Made by a program: the position numbers and the translations under genes
From: Candidatus Hydrogenedentota bacterium
GTDB taxonomy: Bacteria > Hydrogenedentota > Hydrogenedentia > Hydrogenedentales > SLHB01
Length of the DNA stretch: 31,324 nt
Assembly (NCBI GenBank): GCA_963668025.2
Contig: CAXXTH010000004.1
Location: 1 to 31,324 of the forward strand
Direction of reading: 5' to 3'
The notes under the pieces: model-generated
Database searches by the model: none
What the model was told of the DNA's origin: nothing
What the model saw: only the letters and a program-made list of their open reading frames with translations
Shown: positions 17,221 through 24,716 of the stretch, in pieces
Numbering within the stretch: position 1 is the first letter of the stretch
Layout: each line of letters starts with the position of its first letter

Positions 17221-19248
17221 TCACGCCTTGCATATGCTTGTCTGGGTTTGATGCGTTCCGATTCCGTGAGGGTTCATGGCGCACTCGTATAGGCCCACCC
17301 CATAGGCGGGCAGCGTGATGGAGCCGTTTTCCGGGGCGTTCCCGAGGAGCGCGGTGAGTCCGCCTGGCACGGCGGCTGTCCGCTCCGAATCATTGAAATT
17401 CATGAGAAAGAGATATTTTTGCTTGTCTTTTTCGCGCCAGGCCGCCTCCATGCCCTCGGGCAGTTCCATAAGCCCCTGTATTTCCGATTCTTCGAGAATC
17501 CGGCCGAGCAGGGCGTCATACAATGCCGGTTCGGCAAAGACGCCGAAGTAATACGCCGCGCCAGAGCCGTAATGATGCCGCGTGATGGCGGGTTCGCCAG
17601 TAAAGACGGAGCCTGCATGCCAGGCGATGGCGTCCGCACCATGAAGCTGCAACAAATCCGCCCAAACCGAGGTGGCGTATTTTTGCCCGCCGGCGGTTTG
17701 GATCGAGGATTCATCTTTCCCAAGGGCGTCATAATCGTCCACTTCGACACCCGCCAGTTCCCGTAATAAGGATGGCAGAGGCGCTTCGTAACAGGCATTG
17801 TCGGCATTCTTCACGCCGGTGCGCGGGCTGAGTATCAGCGTGCCGCCCTGCTGTACATAATCAATGAAGCAGGCGGCGTCTTCTGGCGTGAGGATATACC
17901 AGCTCGGCGCGATAACCAGCTTATAGGCATTCAGCCCCGCCGATAATGGGACCACGTCCACGTTCAAGCCGCGCGTTTGCAGGGCGCGATAATAATGGGC
18001 GGCTTGGTCCCAGATGCCCAAGCCTTCCGCCTGGGGCTGGATGTCCATGGCGAAATGCTGCTCATAAGCATTCACAATCGCCACCTCGCTGCGCGGGGCG
18101 GTGCCGTCCAGCATGGGGGCGAACTGCTGGATTTCCTTGCCGAATGCGGCGACTTCGCGGAATCTCCGGCGGGGAACCCCATCGTGGTTGATGACGCCAT
18201 GCCAGAACTGTTCCGTGCCGTAGCAGGCCGTCCGCCAGCGGAAAAAAACCACGGCGTCCGCGCCATGAGCGACAGCTTGCCATGCGGCGCATCGCAGCCA
18301 TTCGCCCGAGGGACGCCTGCCCATGGTGTTCCATCCGGTAATGCCGTTGATTTGCTCCATGACCCAGACGTTGCGCTGCTTGATGCCGCGCATAACATCG
18401 GCGGCGAGGGGGGAGCCGAAAGGCGATTCGCCCCAGGGCGTAATGGGGTAATTGTCCCACGAAACGAAATCGAGCTCTTTGCCCAATTCATAGCAATCCA
18501 AGGAATTATGCAGCCCCATCATGTTGTGTGTGATGAAGTGGCGTGGAGCGAGGCGGCGGAGCAGGGCGATTTGTTCGCGCTCGAAATCGATGGTTGCTTG
18601 GGATTGAAAGCGCCGGAATTCGAGTTGCAGCGACGGATTATGGAACACGCCGCCCTTCACATGCCACGGCAGCGGAATCTGCGCCCAATCCGAGTATTCC
18701 TGGCTCCAAAACGAGGCGCCCCATGCTTGATTGAGGGCGTCGAGGGTGTTGTATTTGCCCTGAAGCCATACGTGGAATTTCTCGTGGCAGATGGGGCAGT
18801 AGCAGAGGTTCGCGGACAATTCATTGTCGATTTGCCAGCCGACGACGGCGGGATGCTCCGCATACCGCCGCGCCATGGCCTCGATGATACGCTGTCCATA
18901 CGCCCGCATGTTGTCATTATTCAGGCAGCGCTGTTCGCGGATGCCGAAGCCCAGGCGGTATTTTCGCTGGTCCATTGGGTAGATGTCTGGATACCGGGCA
19001 TGCAGCCATGCGGGCGGCGTGGCGGTAGGCGTGCCCAAGACCGCTTGTATGCCGCCTTGATGCAGCAAATCGAGGATGCGGTCCAGCCACTCGAAAGCAT
19101 ACTGGCCTTCGGCGGGCTCCATGCGCGACCAGGCGAATTCGGCCATGCGGACAATAGAGACGCCTGCTTCGTTCATGAGGGCCACATCCGTGGGCCAGCA
19201 CGATTCCGAGCATTGCTCGGGGTAATAATCCGCACCGATTTGCAGCAT
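17221..19248 (-). CDS. Beta-galactosidase, glycoside hydrolase family 42
   Basis: GADYYPEQ, EFAWS.MEP.EG, WQIDNE (acid/base), CYC..C Zn motif, SWDNYP, WVMEQ (nucleophile), EQFWHG. Confidence 0.93.
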   Translation of the reverse strand: MLQIGADYYPEQCSESCWPTDVALMNEAGVSIVRMAEFAWSRMEPAEGQYAFEWLDRILDLLHQGGIQAVLGTPTATPPAWLHARYPDIYPMDQRKYRLGFGIREQRCLNNDNMRAYGQRIIEAMARRYAEHPAVVGWQIDNELSANLCYCPICHEKFHVWLQGKYNTLDALNQAWGASFWSQEYSDWAQIPLPWHVKGGVFHNPSLQLEFRRFQSQATIDFEREQIALLRRLAPRHFITHNMMGLHNSLDCYELGKELDFVSWDNYPITPWGESPFGSPLAADVMRGIKQRNVWVMEQINGITGWNTMGRRPSGEWLRCAAWQAVAHGADAVVFFRWRTACYGTEQFWHGVINHDGVPRRRFREVAAFGKEIQQFAPMLDGTAPRSEVAIVNAYEQHFAMDIQPQAEGLGIWDQAAHYYRALQTRGLNVDVVPLSAGLNAYKLVIAPSWYILTPEDAACFIDYVQQGGTLILSPRTGVKNADNACYEAPLPSLLRELAGVEVDDYDALGKDESSIQTAGGQKYATSVWADLLQLHGADAIAWHAGSVFTGEPAITRHHYGSGAAYYFGVFAEPALYDALLGRILEESEIQGLMELPEGMEAAWREKDKQKYLFLMNFNDSERTAAVPGGLTALLGNAPENGSITLPAYGVGLYECAMNPHGIGTHQTQTSICKA

Positions 19249-19286
19249 ATGCAACGCCTTCGCTTTCTATACATGCGCCCTGCGGT

Positions 19287-20300
19287 TTACAACGCGCGCA
19301 CGGATTCCCGTTCAATCAATTTGTGTTCAATGAGTTTTTCCAAATAACCTTGCCGCCCATTGCCATTGTTTAGGATATGCAAGAGCATTTCGGCCGCCGC
19401 CCGGCCGATTTCGCGTGGAAACACGGAGAGGGTGGTCAGCGGGGGGCCCATGACTTCGCCCATGTCGATCCCGTCGAAGCCCACGATGCTGATGTCATTG
19501 GGTATATGCATTCCCAATTGGTGGGCTGCTTTATAACAGCCAATCGCCACCAGGTCATTGCAGCATAATAGGGCCGTCGGCCGCGCCTTGGGATCGGAAA
19601 GCACTTCCATGGCGGCTTTGTATCCGTCTTCCGAAGTGTCGCCAGCCCGGACCGTCATGAAGTCATGAAACTCGACTTCGTGGGACACCAGGCTTTCGAT
19701 GAAGCCCATGATGCGTTCCTTAGCGGTCGCCGAGCGGACAGGCCCCGTGAGGCAGGTAATGCGCCGGTGGCCTTTGCTAATCAAATAATCGGTCGCGTCG
19801 CGGCTGCCTTGCCGGTTGTCGAAACGCACGGTATGGGTTTGGATTCCAGGCGCTTCCATGATCGTGACCACGGGCCGCTTCGATTCCACGAGATGGCGGA
19901 TATGTTTTTCGTATTGCTCCGCTTCACCGGCGGAGATGATGTAGCCGCGCAATTCATATTGCCCCAGCGCCTCGAATTCCTGCACGCCTTCCTCGGGACG
20001 ATCTTCCGTGCCATGGTGCAGCATGTGGTGGTAGCCATTCTGGCGCAGGACCGCATGAATTCCGGAGACCACTTCCGTATAGAAAGGATTATTAATGTTG
20101 CCAATGACCACGCCGATCATTTTAGAGACTTCACTGACCAACGACTTCTGGACGAGGCCCGTTTCATACCCGTGTTCGCGAATCGCCGCCCACACGCGCT
20201 CCCGAGTCTTTTCACTGACGCCAGGCTTGCCTTTGACGACAGCAAAGACCGTGGTGCGGGAAACGCCGCTTAATTCAGCTATATCTCTTGCGGTTACCAT
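19287..20300 (-). CDS. LacI family transcriptional regulator
   Basis: N-terminal TARDIAELSGVSRTTV HTH; NPFY, CNDLVAIG, IPNDISIVGFDG, LIERESV. Confidence 0.95.
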   Translation of the reverse strand: MVTARDIAELSGVSRTTVFAVVKGKPGVSEKTRERVWAAIREHGYETGLVQKSLVSEVSKMIGVVIGNINNPFYTEVVSGIHAVLRQNGYHHMLHHGTEDRPEEGVQEFEALGQYELRGYIISAGEAEQYEKHIRHLVESKRPVVTIMEAPGIQTHTVRFDNRQGSRDATDYLISKGHRRITCLTGPVRSATAKERIMGFIESLVSHEVEFHDFMTVRAGDTSEDGYKAAMEVLSDPKARPTALLCCNDLVAIGCYKAAHQLGMHIPNDISIVGFDGIDMGEVMGPPLTTLSVFPREIGRAAAEMLLHILNNGNGRQGYLEKLIEHKLIERESVRAL

Positions 20301-20356
20301 GTTGGTTCCAGCTCTCCGTATATGTTAGGACGAAAAGAATAATGTAATCTGACTGA

Positions 20357-20386
20357 AGCTTACACCAATGCGGGTTAAAAAGTCAA
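20357..20386 (-). promoter_or_regulatory. Putative promoter of the lacI-like gene
   Basis: TTGACT, 18-nt spacer, TAAGCT on the minus strand in an AT-rich divergent intergenic region. Confidence 0.45.
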
Positions 20387-20594
20387 GCTATAATTCAGAT
20401 TAATTAGCATTAAAAAAATAATTTTGAACTAAAGTACAATATATTTGTGTTGCTAAGAAAATTTATGGTGCAATCGGAATGAAAATTCTTTGAAATATCC
20501 GTTATTAATAGATTTATCTTTTAATTCTCATCCGGGAGTTTGCAATGGTGGGGCTTGGCTGGGTGGTGCGGCTAGGCGGGTGTATAGAATAGGC

Positions 20595-20623
20595 TTGACT
20601 TTCGTTCAATGTTATGTTTAAAT
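20595..20623 (+). promoter_or_regulatory. Putative promoter of the 20760 gene
   Basis: TTGACT, 17-nt spacer, TGtTTAAAT; the -10 is imperfect. Confidence 0.35.
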
Positions 20624-20759
20624 AAAAACACGTGATGGTTCAATGGCAAGAAGTCCTTGTGCGGGCGAAGGCCCGCGCGCTTCATCCCGCAAGGGGGGAT
20701 GGGCGAAACGCAATGTGCAGTCATGAACGAATGGATGAGGAACTTAGGAGGTATGAGCG

Positions 20760-21740
20760 ATGAGCAAAACGGTAGGGCTAATACTGGTCTGTAGTGTGGC
20801 CGCTCTGTTAAGCGCGCCATCCGCGTTTGCAGGCACGGCGACTTTTGCGGGCTCCGTGAACGACACGGACGCCCAACTCGCAGGCACTTGGGTGGATTAT
20901 GAGCCGTATTACATTACGAATCCATGGCTTGGAACAAATCCGGGCGCGGAGGCGGATGGGGTCACGACCAATCTGACTACGTTGTGTGGTTCGAGGACCT
21001 TGGCGGATCTGGGCGCCATGACCATGGCTATCACCCAGCCCAATTGGGATTGGGCGGATTATTGGTGGGGCGCTTGGCTCGAAATTCACTTCACCGTTGT
21101 TGGGGAAGAGAAGATCACCGTGGGCATTGGCTCTCCTTATAACTGGGGCGATTATTATTGGGTATACATCCAGTTCGGCACAGATGATAGTACCCGGATT
21201 GGCTGGGATGAGGTCTATTTTGGCGGTGTGGGCAATGAACCCCTTGGCGTCCGCCTGGTGTCGGATGGCACGAATATTTCGCTGGAAGCGAGCTTGGACC
21301 GTGTTACATATACCGCGCTCACCGACGGGTCTTGGCCGATAAATGCCCTCCCCGAAATCGGTGATCTCAGTTCGCAAGTGTTGGATTGCGAAATCGCCGT
21401 GTATGGCCCCTGTGCGCCAGTCCGCAGTTTTTCCTGGACCGCTGCGACGGTTCCGGATTTGAATGGAACAAATGTCCTTGACGCCGATGAAGATGGTTTA
21501 AATGATAATGTGGAAACCGACACCGGCGTGTATGTGGACGCCAACAACACGGGCACGGATCCCTACATTGCGGATACGGATGGCGATGGCGTATCCGACG
21601 GTGATGAAGTGTCGCAAGGTTCGAGTCCGCTAGATCCGAATGATCCCGTGAACACGGTGCCCGTGGCGGGCCTGCTGGGCCTTGGATGCCTGGCTGCCGC
21701 CTGTCTGGCGGGTGGCGCACGCCTGTTGCGTAAAAAGTAA
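20760..21740 (+). CDS. Secreted/surface protein: Trp/Tyr-rich domain, TSP3-like Ca-binding repeats, C-terminal sorting tail
   Basis: Signal peptide ending AFA; DADEDGLND, GTDP..ADTDGDGVSDGDEV..GSSPLDPND; C-terminus VPVAG + hydrophobic helix + RLLRKK; AGGAGG RBS. Confidence 0.85.
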   Translation: MSKTVGLILVCSVAALLSAPSAFAGTATFAGSVNDTDAQLAGTWVDYEPYYITNPWLGTNPGAEADGVTTNLTTLCGSRTLADLGAMTMAITQPNWDWADYWWGAWLEIHFTVVGEEKITVGIGSPYNWGDYYWVYIQFGTDDSTRIGWDEVYFGGVGNEPLGVRLVSDGTNISLEASLDRVTYTALTDGSWPINALPEIGDLSSQVLDCEIAVYGPCAPVRSFSWTAATVPDLNGTNVLDADEDGLNDNVETDTGVYVDANNTGTDPYIADTDGDGVSDGDEVSQGSSPLDPNDPVNTVPVAGLLGLGCLAAACLAGGARLLRKK

Positions 21741-21752
21741 TATGCATTTTCG

Positions 21753-21807
21753 GTAGCAAGGCCGTCCCGGCCATGGGCATGGGCGGGATGCCCATGCCAC
21801 GAGATCT
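21753..21807 (+). repeat. REP-like palindromic repeat, copy 3
   Basis: GTAGCAAGGCCGTCCCGGCCATGGGCATGGGCGGGATGCCCATGCCACGAGATCT, 12 nt after the stop of the 20760 gene. Confidence 0.85.
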
Positions 21808-22055
21808 CACCAAATAGGTGGGATGGAGCATGACCGCGCTGCCGAATGAATGCATGTGAATATATGAGGCATTTGTATGCACATGTTTTCTGAGCATCTC
21901 ATTCATCCGGCGATTTAGGTTCAGCGCGGGAAGGCTAAGAGTGTTATAGTAGAGACGGCGGCCGCTGGCGCATTGCCGGCGGCCTTATTACTGCCACGGA
22001 TGCACCCGCCTGGTGGTGTTCCGCTGGGCTCGCGGAAATGGCGTGTTTTCTGTAA

Positions 22056-24716
22056 GTGGTTGTCCGACATATCAATACGAGGGCTGATGCGTTGGCGCAT
22101 GATAAGACACACCTGCCCGGCATAACCATCCGCTCGGTTGCAGCCATCCTCTTCGCCATGCTTCTCATGGCGGCCATGCTGGTTTTCGGAGAGACCATCG
22201 ACGGTACGGGATGGTTCTTCGGCATGCATATTCTTGCTATCCCCGCCATCGTAGGTTTCCTGATATTGGCCGCGCTCGCGGCGGGCGCGCACGGCCTGTT
22301 GCGGATTCGATTGCTTTCGCGGGCGGAAATGGCCTGCGCACTTTTTTGCCTGCTCACCGCCGCGCCGGTCATGGGATTGGGATTTTGGACGAATTTTATC
22401 TGGCTCAGCTCGACTATTCCGTCCCAAGGCGATTTTGAAAAACTCGATGCGGTGAACGATAAATTGTGGCCTCACGGCCCCAACCTGCTCGATGGGGCGT
22501 TTGCCCCCGATTCGCATGTGCTCGCCGCCAGCCCGGAAGGCATCGAGTGGCGGGAATCAACGGGAGATGATGGAAAGCAGGCCGTTCTTTCCGCACTCAT
22601 CAATAACGGTCCAGGCAGTGCTTCGTGGATACGGGTGCGCGTGCCGCTGGAGAAGGACGGAAAGGCCATCCTAACCACTGGCGAGCGGTATCTGCTGTGC
22701 ATACTGGGCCGTGGCTCGGATATGGGGCCGGACTCCGCTTTATACTGCCGCGCTTACTACGATGGCCATCCCGCTTTTGATGTCGAGGCGTTTACAGAGC
22801 CGCGCCCGATGTCGAAAACCACGGCGCTGCATCCCACGGGCTTTGTGCGGTATGGCGTGTATGGGCTCGAGTTCGCCTCTTCGATCCAGGAGTATGTGGA
22901 TATCGAGTTCCGGCTGGTGGGAGAGGGGGCGCTCGAACTGGCCGATCCCAAACTGATGTGTGTTTCCGCGTTCGAGCAGATTTTTACGGGCCGCCAATTG
23001 GTTCCTGAACAGGAATACCGGGCGCTACGCCCGAGCGAACAAGCCGCGTATGTCATGCAGCCGGATTCGCTCTGGAGTTGGGCGGGGTTTCAATCCATCG
23101 TATGCGGGCACATCCCCATTCAGCAATGGCGGCAGCCTGCATGCGCATGGCTGGGATTCATCCTGCTCCTGCTGCTGGCGACATTCGCCGTGGCCCTCAT
23201 CATGCGGCGCCAATGGGTGATGAACGAACGGTATCCGCTGCCTATTTCCCGTATCCCCGCCGCTTTGCTCGGGCTGGATTACGATGGCGCGGGGGCATTG
23301 CCGGGGATCTGGAAAAACCGCATGATGTGGCTGGGCTTCGGCGTGTGCTTCGCGTGGTGCCTGCTGCGCGCCTGGCATGAATACAATCCCAATGTGCCGA
23401 ACCTCGGCATCGGCGTGAAGCTCAAGCCCTACTTCGATTCGCCAAGCTGGGGCGGCATGTGGAACAGCGTCGAATTCAGTATCAGCGCCATCATTCTCAG
23501 CGTCGCGATATTCATGGAACTCAATATCCTCATGAGCCTGGTGATAGGCTTTTTCTTATACCGCTCCCTGTTTTGGCTGGGAGAAGCCACGGGGTGGAAC
23601 ATCGCCAGCGCGGGCAAATACGGCATCGGCTCGTATCCCTACGGGGCCGAGCAAATGATCTCCGCCTATCTCACCTACGCCGTCTTGACGCTGTTCTTCA
23701 CGCGCAAATACTTGTGGGGGACGCTCAAGAGTGTGTGTACAGCGCAGCCAAACGCGGGAGATTACGAATCGCGCCCGCCCCGCATGGCGTTTTTGTTGCT
23801 GCTCCTGGCATTTGTGGGCGCGGGGCTCTGGGGCGGCTGGGTGGGTGTCAAGCCGCAGGCCATGCTGGTTTTGTTTGGGGCGATGGTGCTGATCGGATTC
23901 GTCGCCATGAAGCTGCGGGCCGAATGCGGCACGCCGTTTGGCTGGTTCACGCCAGGTACGATCTTGCTGATCCCGTTACTGGGCGGCATGGCGTTTTTCG
24001 GCGCGCAAGGAACCATGTTTTCCTCCTGGACCTCGCTGGGCATGGCCATGCTCTTTATCATTCCAGGCCTGCAACTCGAGTTCATCGAGATCGCCCGGCG
24101 CGCGCATGTGCATCCGCGCCATGTCTTTTATACCGTGGCCCTGGGGATTACCGGCGGCATGCTCATTGGCGGATGGTTTTTTCTCTCGAGCATGTACGGC
24201 GTGGGCGCGAATAACTCGGGATTCGACTATTGGTTCACGGCCCGGCCTTGGGAGTTCTTCCCCTACGTCGAATACCAGCAGGCGGCCGATATGGCGTTGA
24301 ACGCTTCATCTGGATTGGCGGCGGAAGGTGCGGTTGCCGCCAAGAGCGGCGGAATCAATCCCTCCACCTGGGGCTACATCGGCGCGGCCATCGCGACTGC
24401 GGCCATCACGTTATTGCGCCAGGCATTCCCCGGATTCTGGCTCCACCCCATCGCGGTAGTGCTGGGCGCTACGGGAGATGGGCTGGGCATGATGATGTAT
24501 TGGTCCTTCAATTTATGGGGCAGCTTGCTCGCCGCGTGGGCCATACGGCTCACGGTGCTTAAAATAGGCGGTGCCCAAGCCGTGCGGACGAAATTATTCC
24601 CCTTTTTCATCGGCGTCTTCATTGCGGCGGTCGTGGCGCAAGCGCTCTTCTTCGGCTTGAATACATATCTGTATTTCTTTGACATCACGATAACCCGGCA
24701 GGATCTGTTGTTTTGA
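22056..24716 (+). CDS. Polytopic membrane protein, DUF6785/DUF6784-like (OPT-superfamily-like), with soluble insert
   Basis: Many hydrophobic segments; IMRRQW..NERYPLPI, KLRAECG.P, F.GFWLHPI, KIGG..A.R..PFFIG; start may be TTG at 22092 (GAGGG RBS); DUF names recalled, not searched. Confidence 0.75.
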   Translation: MVVRHINTRADALAHDKTHLPGITIRSVAAILFAMLLMAAMLVFGETIDGTGWFFGMHILAIPAIVGFLILAALAAGAHGLLRIRLLSRAEMACALFCLLTAAPVMGLGFWTNFIWLSSTIPSQGDFEKLDAVNDKLWPHGPNLLDGAFAPDSHVLAASPEGIEWRESTGDDGKQAVLSALINNGPGSASWIRVRVPLEKDGKAILTTGERYLLCILGRGSDMGPDSALYCRAYYDGHPAFDVEAFTEPRPMSKTTALHPTGFVRYGVYGLEFASSIQEYVDIEFRLVGEGALELADPKLMCVSAFEQIFTGRQLVPEQEYRALRPSEQAAYVMQPDSLWSWAGFQSIVCGHIPIQQWRQPACAWLGFILLLLLATFAVALIMRRQWVMNERYPLPISRIPAALLGLDYDGAGALPGIWKNRMMWLGFGVCFAWCLLRAWHEYNPNVPNLGIGVKLKPYFDSPSWGGMWNSVEFSISAIILSVAIFMELNILMSLVIGFFLYRSLFWLGEATGWNIASAGKYGIGSYPYGAEQMISAYLTYAVLTLFFTRKYLWGTLKSVCTAQPNAGDYESRPPRMAFLLLLLAFVGAGLWGGWVGVKPQAMLVLFGAMVLIGFVAMKLRAECGTPFGWFTPGTILLIPLLGGMAFFGAQGTMFSSWTSLGMAMLFIIPGLQLEFIEIARRAHVHPRHVFYTVALGITGGMLIGGWFFLSSMYGVGANNSGFDYWFTARPWEFFPYVEYQQAADMALNASSGLAAEGAVAAKSGGINPSTWGYIGAAIATAAITLLRQAFPGFWLHPIAVVLGATGDGLGMMMYWSFNLWGSLLAAWAIRLTVLKIGGAQAVRTKLFPFFIGVFIAAVVAQALFFGLNTYLYFFDITITRQDLLF

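Noticed and set aside
20424-20439. Imperfect palindrome TTGAAC-TAAA-GTACAA as LacI operator
   Set aside because: Lacks the central CG usual for LacI operators, has only a weak second copy near 20594-20609, and sits in AT-rich DNA where chance dyads are common
21909-21920. 12-mer GGCGATTTAGGT shared with 11999-12010
   Set aside because: Several 12-mer matches are expected by chance in 31 kb and the flanks do not align
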